The notes: generated from the sequence alone by a model not told the origin. A stretch of DNA of 62,165 nucleotides, filler included, from Globobulimina sp. (GCA_003354225.1; 9 parts of 9 records of this genome joined end to end with filler, not necessarily neighbours in it); one strand, 5' to 3'. Positions 1 through 10,307 are shown, counted from the first letter of the whole stretch. Numbers and translations: made by a program.

Positions 1-36
1 CACCCGAAGGCACACAATGTTGTGTGCCTTCGGGTG
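1..36. repeat. 17-bp inverted repeat (hairpin), REP-like; may be truncated by the window start
   Basis: CACCCGAAGGCACACAA (1-17) + TG + TTGTGTGCCTTCGGGTG (20-36) are exact reverse complements. Confidence 0.85.
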
Positions 37-80
37 CCGGGGTATATTTTTCAGGGTTATAAAAAAAGTCCAGCTGTTTC

Positions 81-110
81 TTGACAAAAGGCAAAAAAGC
101 ATTTACTTAT
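81..110 (+). promoter_or_regulatory. Possible sigma70 promoter of the cluster
   Basis: Perfect TTGACA at 81-86, ~105 nt upstream of the first gene; the -10 at 17-nt spacing (TACTTA) is poor. Confidence 0.3.
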
Positions 111-191
111 CCTTTCCTTCAGCTTTTTTAAGTGATACCGCTCAAAAAGCGAAAGATGAGTTTAACGATTATTAAGGGCAAAGGAGATTTT

Positions 192-1457
192 ATGGAATTT
201 AAAAATATACTAATAGTAGATCCGTTCGGTTCCCATACTTATTATTGCGAAGAAATAAAAAATATGGGATATAAACCATTTGCGCTTATTACAGCCAGAA
301 ACATTCCGGATGATTTGATGATCAATTTCGATGAAAAAGATTACGAAAAGGTTTTCTATTCAGACTCTTTTGAGTCCATGATGCCGATGCTTTCGGGCTA
401 TAATTTTCATGCCGTGATTCCTGGAGACCAATTGGCGCTAAGGTTCGTTGATAAACTCGCGCACTCGTTAGGTGTTCCCGGCAATCCCGTCAAGAGTTAT
501 AAAGCAAGAGTTAATAAGGCGGACATGCGGCAGAGGTTAAAGGAAAAAAACATTGATGACGTTGATTTCATACTCTCCGACGATATTGACGTTGTGAAAG
601 AATGGGCCAGAAGGGTTGGATTTCCCGTGATATTGAAGCCTGCAGAATCTGCTGGCGGAAGTCTGGCAGTCAAAAAATGTATGATCAAAGAAGACATAGA
701 TGTTGCCTTTGAGGAAATTGCCTTTATGGGTGGTTATGATGGCAACCTGGATGGTACAGTTTTAGCGGAAGAGTACCTCGACGGGCAAGAGTATATGGTG
801 AACGTAATGCACGATGGTATGGGAGGCAAAAAGCTTGTTGCCATTGCAGGTGTTGAGAAGTTGCAAACAGGTGGGAATGCAAGCATATATAAAAATGTAT
901 ATTCCCTACCACTGGATTCTCCTGAGGTAGTCGAAGCCTATGACTATATAACTGAGATCAATGAAGCGCTTGGTATTAAGATCGGTATAAATGATACGGA
1001 AGTAAAAGTGACTTCAAAGGGAGTCCGTCTAGTGGAGGTCAACAACCGCCTGCCAGGGGGCAAAATGCCGTATGTTATCAACAGGTGCAGCGGCTTTAAC
1101 TGTTTCCAAGAGAATATTAGACTCTTTTGCGGGGAGGGGAGCCAACACAAAGAGATCCATTTCAAAAGACACTATTATATCTGCTGTTTAATCAACGAAA
1201 CTGAAGGCGTGGTGAAAGATATAGAAGGTGGTAATATAATAGAAAAGCTTGAATCCTATGATCGTCAATATTTGAATGTTGGGATCAATCAAAATGCACC
1301 TGTGACTGTCGATTTTATAACGGCTTGGGGGTTGGTGATGCTGGTTCATGAAGATCATTCTCAATTAAAGGCCGATGCAGAGATTGTTCATGACGTTTAT
1401 AGACTTGTGTTTGCGTCTGAATTTCAAGAGAAGGATAACTTAGTTTCTGTTGATTGA
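192..1457 (+). CDS. ATP-grasp amide ligase, L-amino-acid-ligase type (DdaF/NikS/BacD-like)
   Basis: Motifs NKADMRQRL, FPVILKPAESAGG, LAEEYLDGQEYMVN, LVEVNNRLPGG. Start moved from 132 to ATG 192, which follows the RBS AAGGAG at 181-186. Confidence 0.88.
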   Translation: MEFKNILIVDPFGSHTYYCEEIKNMGYKPFALITARNIPDDLMINFDEKDYEKVFYSDSFESMMPMLSGYNFHAVIPGDQLALRFVDKLAHSLGVPGNPVKSYKARVNKADMRQRLKEKNIDDVDFILSDDIDVVKEWARRVGFPVILKPAESAGGSLAVKKCMIKEDIDVAFEEIAFMGGYDGNLDGTVLAEEYLDGQEYMVNVMHDGMGGKKLVAIAGVEKLQTGGNASIYKNVYSLPLDSPEVVEAYDYITEINEALGIKIGINDTEVKVTSKGVRLVEVNNRLPGGKMPYVINRCSGFNCFQENIRLFCGEGSQHKEIHFKRHYYICCLINETEGVVKDIEGGNIIEKLESYDRQYLNVGINQNAPVTVDFITAWGLVMLVHEDHSQLKADAEIVHDVYRLVFASEFQEKDNLVSVD

Positions 1458-1592
1458 TACCGATCTTCTTTCTGTATCCATTCTTTTAAAATAAAAAGGT
1501 GCTTAAATTTGTATCGACTGACATGTCCCATTCTATCGGTATATGTCCCGGACGATATTTCCTTTTGCTATAGACATCTGAGGTTCATTGCC

Positions 1593-2492
1593 ATGATTAA
1601 AAAAACTAATTTATCATTTGATGTAACGTTATTTGCATATGCAGGAATGATAGCGACAGTAATTTCATGGGGAATAATTCCTGTGTTTCAGAAACAACTT
1701 CTCTCTTTATTTACACCAATTGAAGTTTCATTTTCCCGTTTTTTCATTTCATCAATCATCATTACCTGCTGGGTTTTAATGTATAAAAGCAACGAGTTGC
1801 TGATGATTATAAAAAAAGATTATAAGTTGCTTGCTCTGGTGACTATCATCGGTCCTTTGCTTGCCATGACCTTATTTAATTTCGGTATTTCGACAGTACC
1901 TATAGGCATTGCTGGTGTGATATTTACAATGGAAGCTGTGTTTACCTACATACTCGCTGTGTTTTTCAAACAGGAAAAATGGAAGCTGAAGCGTATGTTA
2001 AGTATCCTGGTCGCCCTTTTAGGAATAAGCATGGTTTCGATGTCACGCAGCAACGGTGAAATTCATATGAAAGGTATATTATTGCTGTTAATTTGTGAGT
2101 TTGTATGGGCATTGCATACAGTGCTTTCAAAAAAGATTGTAGACAAGTACACCTCTATTGTTTTGGTTTCCGCCAGTTTTTTAATAAGCTCGCTTTGTCT
2201 TATCCCTCTGCTGTCAGATGGGTATTGGACCAATCTGATTTCCATGGACTACAAGCTCTGGGGCGCTCTCTGGTTTTGTATTCTCCCGGGAACTATTATG
2301 GGATTCACCATTTGGTATTGGTGTCTTAAATATGTTCCCCCTTCATCGCTGGCGGTCTCTCTCTACTTCCTGCCTGTTTTTACGATTATAGGAGGAGTTG
2401 CCGTGTTTGATGAAAAAATTAATGCGGTTATGTCCATTGGGATGTTTATTACATTTGTTGGCATATATTGTGTGAATTTCAAATATAAATAG
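1593..2492 (+). CDS. EamA/DMT-family 10-TM exporter
   Basis: Two EamA halves (ISWG...SRFF; WALHTVLSKK...YFLPVFT...FDEKI), hydrophobic throughout; ATG 1593 preceded by GAGG. Confidence 0.88.
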   Translation: MIKKTNLSFDVTLFAYAGMIATVISWGIIPVFQKQLLSLFTPIEVSFSRFFISSIIITCWVLMYKSNELLMIIKKDYKLLALVTIIGPLLAMTLFNFGISTVPIGIAGVIFTMEAVFTYILAVFFKQEKWKLKRMLSILVALLGISMVSMSRSNGEIHMKGILLLLICEFVWALHTVLSKKIVDKYTSIVLVSASFLISSLCLIPLLSDGYWTNLISMDYKLWGALWFCILPGTIMGFTIWYWCLKYVPPSSLAVSLYFLPVFTIIGGVAVFDEKINAVMSIGMFITFVGIYCVNFKYK

Positions 2493-2616
2493 ATAATTGA
2501 CGTTTATTTTTTCTAATTTTGAGATCATTTTTCTTTTCAAGACTATTCATTCTTGAATTTCTAAGGATAGATCCTTTTCAATTATATTAAACAAAGCAAT
2601 TAAGAAGGAGAAAGGC

Positions 2617-3867
2617 ATGACAAAAGAATTTTATCCATTGGGCCAGGCGCCTCAGATTGGAGTAGTGCCCAAGTTCATGTTAGCGCATTGCATCCGCCAA
2701 AATCGTTTTGGAGAACCGAAGGAGGCTCTACAAATTGAAAAAGTGGAGGTCCCTTCAGATCTTGAGCCTTATGAAGTCCTGGTCTATGTAATGGCCGCCG
2801 GTGTGAATTACAATGTCGCTTGGGCATGCAGCGGTGGCCCTGTGGATGTTATCAATTATTGTCATAAAGGGGATCATCCAGATAATTTTAACATACCCGG
2901 AAGTGATGCAACAGGGATTGTATGGAAAACAGGTTCTGCAGTTACAAAGGTAAAGGTTGGGGACGAGGTCATTATTCATGGATGTCGTTGGGATTATGAT
3001 GATCCCCATATTAAATCGGGCAAAGACCCCGGATTGGCACCAACTCTTCACATGTGGGGATATGAAACCATTTATGGTGGATTGGCACAGTACACTCGGG
3101 TACATGACAATCAGTGCCTGAGGAAACCTAAACACCTACCATGGGCATCGGCTAGTTCTTTGATGGTCAATGGTGCGGCTGCCTATCGAATGCTTCATCA
3201 CTGGTCCGACAACATCGTCCAACCGGGCGATCCTGTATTAATTTGGGGAGGTTCCGGTGGATTGGGGTGTATGGGAATACAGATTTGTAAAGCCGCTGAT
3301 GCTCTTCCTGTAGCTGTTGTTTCTGATCCCGACAAAGAAGACTTTTGTAGAAACCTTGGGGCAGTAGGTGTGATCAATCGAAATGATTTTAACCACTGGG
3401 GAGTGCTTCCCCACTGGAAAAATCGAGAAAAATATCAAGGATGGGTCGCTGAAGCTAGGAGGTTCGGCCGGTCTTTTTGGGAGGCGTTGGGAGAAGCACG
3501 CAATCCTGCTATTGTGTTTGAGCATCCAGGCGAAGCCACCTTGCCAACGTCCTGCTTTCTCGTGGAAATCGGTGGAATGGTTGTTATTTGTGCCGGAACG
3601 TCGGGGTATAATGCCACACTTGATCTCCGATATCACTGGATGCGGCAGAAACGTCTGCAGGGGTCCCATTTTGCAAATAATGAGGAGTGTTCAGCCTTCC
3701 TTGACCTGGTTGATTGCGGAAAGGTAGATCCGTGTCTTTCGCAGGTCTATCCGTTTGAAAATGCGGCGGAAGCGCATCAACTGATGTTTGAGAACAAACA
3801 TCCCCCAGGCAATATGGGTGTATTGGTCAACGCTTCTAATAACAAACAAAAACACTTTAATGATTGA
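2617..3867 (+). CDS. ccr: Crotonyl-CoA carboxylase/reductase (enoyl-CoA carboxylase/reductase)
   Basis: MAAGVNYN, GSDATGIVW, WGYET, VLIWGGSGGLG, VFEHPGEAT, WMRQKRLQGSHFAN; RBS AAGGAG upstream. Confidence 0.95.
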   Translation: MTKEFYPLGQAPQIGVVPKFMLAHCIRQNRFGEPKEALQIEKVEVPSDLEPYEVLVYVMAAGVNYNVAWACSGGPVDVINYCHKGDHPDNFNIPGSDATGIVWKTGSAVTKVKVGDEVIIHGCRWDYDDPHIKSGKDPGLAPTLHMWGYETIYGGLAQYTRVHDNQCLRKPKHLPWASASSLMVNGAAAYRMLHHWSDNIVQPGDPVLIWGGSGGLGCMGIQICKAADALPVAVVSDPDKEDFCRNLGAVGVINRNDFNHWGVLPHWKNREKYQGWVAEARRFGRSFWEALGEARNPAIVFEHPGEATLPTSCFLVEIGGMVVICAGTSGYNATLDLRYHWMRQKRLQGSHFANNEECSAFLDLVDCGKVDPCLSQVYPFENAAEAHQLMFENKHPPGNMGVLVNASNNKQKHFND

Positions 3868-3881
3868 AAATAGGGGAAGCA

Positions 3882-5246
3882 ATGTCTATCGAAGCAAAAG
3901 CAGCAAAGATAAAACAACTTAAAGACCAGCTTGAAGATGAAAACTATCACAAAGTTCTTTTCGAATCCATCATTCGGGAAAATGCATTCAGGAAAGACAA
4001 TGTTTATCGCAGAGAGATTATTGTTCCAGTGGAAACGTGCAAGAGATACGAAGATATAGAGAACTATATAATTCCCAGACTTGATGCCAATTTAAGCGAG
4101 AAGCCGCTTGTCGCTGGTAATTATGAAGACCTCTTCCTGCCTTTTGATTTCGAGAAAAATCAATCCAACGGGAAGATTGCATTTGTCTTACCTACAAACG
4201 GTTTGATTAATGGCTTTTGTCGTTCAATTCTTCCGGCATTTTTCTTGGGGAATGACGTTGTGTTGAGATTTCCCCAAAGAAATAATTCAACGTCTATGAT
4301 TTTTGAGGAAAACTATTTGGATATTTTTAAGGAACATATTCAAATTTCACATGAACCCTCAAGTGTTTTTTTAAAAAAATGCCTGAGAGATCCAGCAATA
4401 GACACGCTTATGATTTACGGAAACAATGTCTGGATAAAAGAGTATTGGGACCAGTTTATTCTTTCTGGAAAGAAAATTATATTCGAAGGGCCTGGAAATG
4501 ACGCAATTATTGTCACTGAGAGTTCAGATCTTCAGCTTGCAGCTGAGGGAACACTCCGAGGCATCTTGAATAATGACGGTCAGTCGTGCACAGCAACGAA
4601 AAGGATCTATGTCCATTCGACGGTTTTAAATGATTACCTTAAGAAATTGGTTCCTTTGGTGAAAAGGATAGAATTCATAAACCCTGAAGAGTCTATTGCT
4701 GGATCGCATCAGTATGTCGTCGGCCCGATTCTATCTGCAAAGATTAGGCAAAACATAGAGACACAGCACCAGGATGCCATGAATTTTTTTGATGAGGAGA
4801 AGGGGGAAGTCAAGCCGGCAGAAATGATTGTCGAACCTTTTACAAAAGAAGATAACTTTTACGGAAAACCGATACTCTACTATAAACCTGCAATTTATCT
4901 CTGCCACGCGAAAATGAAAATGGTTGTAGATGAGACCTTCTATCCCGTCATACCAATTGTTACATATGACACGGAAGACGAGCTTATAAGATATTTGAAT
5001 TACAGCTCTTTTGGTATCAACTGTAATGTGTTTGGCAATTGCAGCGAAAGCACATTTTCAAACTTGTGGAAAATGAATCGTCTTGTTTATAAAGATTCAC
5101 TCGCAACTGATTTGGAAAATTTTGATATGAGTTCCCGTGTGGATGGTGGCCGTAAAGAGTCAAGTTATGTTCTTAAAACAAAAAATAATTCATTTTATAG
5201 GATTGATGGTCCGCGCTGTATCGAATCGGAGGCCATCATTCCATGA
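3882..5246 (+). CDS. Divergent aldehyde dehydrogenase-family protein
   Basis: LPTNG (PWN equivalent), FEGPGND (ELGG equivalent), catalytic GQSCTA, DETFYPVIPI (EIFGP equivalent); N-terminus short and divergent. Confidence 0.8.
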   Translation: MSIEAKAAKIKQLKDQLEDENYHKVLFESIIRENAFRKDNVYRREIIVPVETCKRYEDIENYIIPRLDANLSEKPLVAGNYEDLFLPFDFEKNQSNGKIAFVLPTNGLINGFCRSILPAFFLGNDVVLRFPQRNNSTSMIFEENYLDIFKEHIQISHEPSSVFLKKCLRDPAIDTLMIYGNNVWIKEYWDQFILSGKKIIFEGPGNDAIIVTESSDLQLAAEGTLRGILNNDGQSCTATKRIYVHSTVLNDYLKKLVPLVKRIEFINPEESIAGSHQYVVGPILSAKIRQNIETQHQDAMNFFDEEKGEVKPAEMIVEPFTKEDNFYGKPILYYKPAIYLCHAKMKMVVDETFYPVIPIVTYDTEDELIRYLNYSSFGINCNVFGNCSESTFSNLWKMNRLVYKDSLATDLENFDMSSRVDGGRKESSYVLKTKNNSFYRIDGPRCIESEAIIP

Positions 5247-5334
5247 GAGAACCGGTCACTTCCTTTACGGCGCTGAACCTGAAACCGTTCCTTCTACAGA
5301 TGTTCTTTACCTTATAAGGAGTCTTATTTTTACA

Positions 5335-6648
5335 ATGATTGATATTGTTCGAAAACATAATTATGGAACCTGGATCAAGCAGAAGGATTGGTTGCCCCTG
5401 CACATTGTTGATGCCGAAGGGTGTTTTTTTGTAGATGCAGGTGGTAACAAATATCTTGATTTTGCTTCACAGGCTGCGTGCTCCAACCTTGGCCATAAGA
5501 ATAAGAAAATAATTGGAGCGATTGAAAAACAATCAAATAAATTGTGCTATGTTGCGCCCTGGTTTACTTCTTCTGCCCAGGCCGAGTTGTCCGAACTTCT
5601 GCTTGAAATTTTCCCTGAAGGATTAAGTAAGTTCTTCTATTCGACGTCGGGTACGGAAGCAAATGAAGCTGCTTTTAAGATTGCCCGGATGTTCACGGGT
5701 AAATACAAAATTATTTCCCGCTATAATTCATATCATGGATCAACCGCAGGTTCTATTTCCACAACCGGAGATTTCAGGCGATGGGGCCATGAACCCGTTG
5801 GTACGATGAATGGCATTGTTTTCGGCCCTGAATGCAATTGTTACCGTTGTCCATTTAAGTTGGATTCAGGAAATTGTCAAACTGTATGTGTCGATTACTT
5901 TGACTATATCATCAAAAATGAAAACAATGTGGCCGCTGTTATCATTGAACCCATAGTAGGAACCAACGGTGTACTTGTTCCACCCAAAGATTACCTTCAA
6001 AAGCTTCGTGACATATGTGACAGAAACAACGTTTTGTTGATATTTGATGAAGTAATGAGTGGCTGGTGCAGAACCGGTGAATGGTTTGCCTGTCAGCACT
6101 GGAATGTTTTTCCTGATATATTGACGACTGCCAAAGGAGCAACATCCGCCTATGTCCCCCTTGGTATTACCGCTACAACCCAAAAAATAGCCAATTTTTT
6201 TAATGATGTCTCCTTTGCCCATGGACATACTTATGCAAGCCACCCTCTCATGTTGGCTACTTCCGTTGCCACAATTGAAGAAATGAAGCGTCTTGAGTTG
6301 AGAGAATGCGCCAGAGAAAAGGGCACCTATCTTGGGGAGTGCCTACAGAAGCTGAAAGATAAGCATAAGTCAGTAGGTGATGTTCGGGGAAAAGGTCTTT
6401 TGTGGGCAGTTGAATTGGTTCAGGATCAGAAAAAGAAGACGCCTTTTAATACTGCCAAAGACAAGTTCGAAGGCGACGATATTTTTGTCAGCAGGATTAC
6501 CAAAGAGATGTTCAAAAGAGGGGTGTATATGCTCTCCTGGACGTCTCACTTTATCCTTGCGCCACCTTTAATTATCTCAAGGGATGAGATTGATTTTGCA
6601 ATGAAAGTTCTTGATGAGAGCCTTGCCATTGCAGATAATGCGACTTAA
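5335..6648 (+). CDS. Class III PLP aminotransferase (omega/beta-amino acid, taurine-pyruvate-like)
   Basis: SGTEANEAA, SYHG, IIEPIVG, DEVMSGWCRTG, DILTTAKG (PLP lysine), HGHTY, DVRGKGL. ATG 5335 follows TAAGGAG and avoids overlap with the upstream gene. Confidence 0.92.
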   Translation: MIDIVRKHNYGTWIKQKDWLPLHIVDAEGCFFVDAGGNKYLDFASQAACSNLGHKNKKIIGAIEKQSNKLCYVAPWFTSSAQAELSELLLEIFPEGLSKFFYSTSGTEANEAAFKIARMFTGKYKIISRYNSYHGSTAGSISTTGDFRRWGHEPVGTMNGIVFGPECNCYRCPFKLDSGNCQTVCVDYFDYIIKNENNVAAVIIEPIVGTNGVLVPPKDYLQKLRDICDRNNVLLIFDEVMSGWCRTGEWFACQHWNVFPDILTTAKGATSAYVPLGITATTQKIANFFNDVSFAHGHTYASHPLMLATSVATIEEMKRLELRECAREKGTYLGECLQKLKDKHKSVGDVRGKGLLWAVELVQDQKKKTPFNTAKDKFEGDDIFVSRITKEMFKRGVYMLSWTSHFILAPPLIISRDEIDFAMKVLDESLAIADNAT

Positions 6649-6778
6649 TGAGTGCTTTTAAAAAATAGTATCCTTAACAGTGATAAAAATAAAAATATTC
6701 TAAATATACGGGTATTTAGATAGGAAGACACTTTTTGTTAATAGAAGTATGAAATAGATTCCAAAAGCTGAAATATGT

Positions 6779-6826
6779 ACCCGATCTGGATCGGACACAA
6801 CATGTTGTGTCCGATCCAGATCGGGT
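6779..6826. repeat. Perfect 48-bp palindrome with nested hairpins, REP-like
   Basis: ACCCGATCTGGATCGGACACAACA|TGTTGTGTCCGATCCAGATCGGGT; each arm also contains CCGATC-NN-GATCGG. Confidence 0.88.
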
Positions 6827-6849
6827 CAGAATATTCTTGAAATAAAATA

Positions 6850-6949
6850 NNNNNNNNNNNNNNNNNNNNNNNNNNNNNNNNNNNNNNNNNNNNTTAATTA
6901 ATTAANNNNNNNNNNNNNNNNNNNNNNNNNNNNNNNNNNNNNNNNNNNN
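6850..6949. other. Artificial contig spacer N44-TTAATTAATTAA-N44; identical copies at 13784-13883, 20718-20817, 27644-27743, 34561-34660, 41469-41568, 48376-48475, 55272-55371
   Basis: Identical 100-nt N-padded linker with stops in all six frames; flanking segments fall steadily in length (6834, 6834, 6826, 6817, 6808, 6807, 6796). Confidence 0.98.
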
Positions 6950-9904
6950 CACCAATATCACCACCAGGCAGTGTTTGAAAGCCTTCCTTCAATGCTGGCA
7001 TTGGACTGAATGGACTGTGCTCACTCGTGCATGGCGTAATGGCCATTGGTTTGCGAAGGTTTGCAGTAAACGCAGACAAAGAAGTTTTCCGCATACCGCC
7101 ACCACCAATGCTATAGCCACTATGTGAATGTCCATATGTATGTCGATTATATCCATCCAAAGTATATGAGTTAAACTCGCTGAAAGTGCCGGTTGTCGTA
7201 GAGACTGTAATACCACGTATTCTCCCATTCGTTGATATGAGTGGTCTGTTTAATATCTTTCTAGAATATGTTTTGTAAAATAATTCGTTATCACTGGGTA
7301 TGAAGGCCAATAAGAATGGCAGTTCGGGTAAGGGCTCGAAGCCAACCCTTCGTAAATGAGCGGGCGTTTCAAATATCCAACCTAACCGTCGCAACTTTGT
7401 GATATTTTTGTGTGCTTTGGCTCTTTGTAATCTTTCTGCGGCCTCTTGTTCGTCGGCTTGATACTTCTCATCAAATGTGGGGTATTGTGGAATGAAACGG
7501 ATTTGTATTTCTTGCAAGGATACACCGTATAAATCATATTTCATCATAAATTTTATTAATCGTTCCAATGACCAATCGAAGTTATTGCCGTTGATTAATA
7601 GTTGCTGCGTATTGGGGAATAAACGTGTTATCGTTTCAAATCTGAGTGGTTGATTTTTGACAAACGTCTGTTTGATTGTTTCTATGCCTTGCTTAATATC
7701 ACCAGATTTAAATGGAAACTTATATTTCTTATGGCTTTCATAAAAGAAATGTTGAATTAACATCGGACAACGTTCCATTTTTACCGCCTTAACGTTTTTC
7801 GCTGTTTCAGAAATGGTTAAAAAAAGAGTAGTCAATAAAAACAGATGATATATTATATAAACACATGTACACTTAACCCAACACAATAAATTGATCTCTA
7901 TACTTTGCGAATGCAATGCGTTTATATTTCTTCTTTTTGGTGAAAAACTTATTCCAATCTTTAGTATATTGTAAATATAACAGATATAATATCGATATTT
8001 GTTCATAATCTTCTAATTTATGAAAAGCTAAATCTTGCCGCTTGGATAAATCCTGCATGTCACTGAACGATATCACTGCATATATAACATATCAATAATA
8101 TTACACACACCGTATACGTAGTACGTACCGTTGGATTCTGTATTTATAACATGCAGTGCTTTGAGTATTGACTTTTCAATGGTCGCCGTACTGGCATTCG
8201 GGACATGGTCGCCGTACATACTGTATACATCTGATTTATATAAGTTGACAATTTGAAATGAAGTGTTCATATAAAGTATCTCGCCCTCATCTGGGAAGTT
8301 GCTGATCCACGAGACCCGCAACCCCCTTCTACCAAAAGTAGGATACAATTCGAATATTCTCCCTTTTGTGCCAGCAAACTGTTTGGCAATGTCGAATATT
8401 GTCGTTGTTGAAATTGGTCCCCAATACGTTCCCGAATATGACGGAGTGGAAAAAGCTTCATTCACACCGTGATAGAGCGTGCATGTGATGATATCTTTTG
8501 ATTTTGTACATGCAATAAGCAACAATTCATTCCAATGATAAAATTGTTTCTGTCTCGTTGGTCGATCCGGTTGGTTCTCTCTGTAACATTTGCGATACGC
8601 TCGCTGCAATTCATCAAAGTCTGTGTACAGTTTGAGGCCAACGATCTCCTTCAACGACAGTCCAATCTCTCTGGCTTTGCGTTTCTTGCTATATCCGATG
8701 CAGGATTTTAACAAATCATTCCATTCTTTCTTCTCAATTTTGCAGTACACATTGTTTAATATCTCGGCTTTCGGGTTCTTATACTTTGCGTCTGACTGGA
8801 TTATACTGAAAGGGACACCAAATTGCAACACACGCAACGGGGTATCCGCTGTGGTGGATTGGTACTGTATGGCATAGTAATCAATGGGTACCAATGACGT
8901 TGCTTGATTCACGGCCTCCACATCCAAGTCATCGTCATCTGAATCAGCGTCATGCGCACCTTCATCGTCCATAGCAATCTCGCTCAAGTTCTCGCTGTTT
9001 CTATTGCTATTGTTAGTGGTGGCGGTCATGTAGCTATACCTGCTCTGGTTGCTGTTGCTGCTCTTATGTGTAAAGCCAGGGCCTAGCTCCACTTTTGTCA
9101 TATTTTCATGCGTATTTATATTGCTCGCAGCACTCTGCCCAATATCAATATTCCCTGGAACAGCAAATTTGAATTCCAATGAATTCTGTCTGCGTCTGAT
9201 GGGGGTTTGAATGGTTGGCACAGTTTGCCGCATTCGATAGGATGTTTTTTGTCCAATGTAGCGGTGCTTTCGAGCTGAACTGTTCCGTGATTGCATGTAA
9301 TCTGTACGCATATCACATATGTATATATTATAGAAATGCATATACAAAGATAAGAGTATATAATATACCGTCAGTATGATAAAAATAAACGTGCATTGTT
9401 TGTAATAAGTTCCAAGACTGTTTCCTATAATAATAGTAACCTGCATTTTCAGATTGACCCTTGACAAACAAACATAAGCTATGCAACTTGCACTGTGCAT
9501 AGTTGTGTTGGCCAAGATGATGATGTAAGTAATGTTGCCATAGCTCTGTCATATCAAATTCTAAATTTTTGGAACTTCTCTTTAAATTTGTCATTTTTTC
9601 TACGATTACATCAACTTCCCAATCTTCGCTGATTTGTATTTTCTGTCATGATGTACAGTATGTTACGTATATACGGTATGTTTAAGAAATGAAATGGAAT
9701 TTATAGGAACTAAACAGAATAGTCAATTTTAAAATATTCGCAATATTTTTTGAGCCTTATCCAGCATTCACATTTGTGTTTTGGGCATCGTCTGTTGTTT
9801 TTGGATAGTGTGTGATTGGGCGTTTGCAGATTCGAACTGTTGTTTTTGTTTTTAGACGATTGCTTCTTTTTGGTGTATGATTTCACTTTTTTCAACGCTG
9901 CCAT
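6950..9904 (-). CDS. Five-exon protein with an ADP-ribosyltransferase-like domain; 3' end truncated by the contig end
   Basis: ORFs 9710-9904, 9328-9594, 8073-9515, 7873-8076 and 6894-8006 join in frame through GT-AG introns (~9643-9715, 9302-9440, 8076-8128, 7802-7877). Core motifs LKLYTD, LYHG, GPISTT, WISNFPDEGEIL. Confidence 0.7.
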
Positions 9905-10307
9905 AATATAAAATTATAAATCTAGTGCCAAATTAGGTGTCATGTAATAACGCAAGATTTGAGTCGGGTCGAAATGTTTTAAAAATTGTTTTCAACGCCC
10001 TCCAGCCGTGTTGCTGTTACATTTATTTCTGCATTTGACATGCACCAATCAAATATGGTACAAGTCCGTACAACAGCATGGATAGTACCAATGAATGGAC
10101 ACAAACCCCGTTAGAGAATTCACGTGGTGACAGCAGCTCACACTGCTACAGTTCATTGTGTATTGTGATTGACAGCACCGGAGAAATACAATACGATGGA
10201 ACTGCTGCAACCCAAGACAAACCTATAGCGTTTCTCAGATAATTGAATAAAATGTATACAACTATCGACCAGGTGGGGGGTGTTATCTTTTTGAATATAT
10301 CGTTAAG

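Noticed and set aside
5137-5334. N-terminal extension of the aminotransferase overlapping the ALDH gene
   Set aside because: Family similarity starts near ATG 5335, which has its own Shine-Dalgarno-like sequence.
497-6571. Short antisense and alternate-frame ORFs inside the bacterial genes, and similar ones across the window
   Set aside because: Shadows of well-supported genes, with no motifs or RBS.
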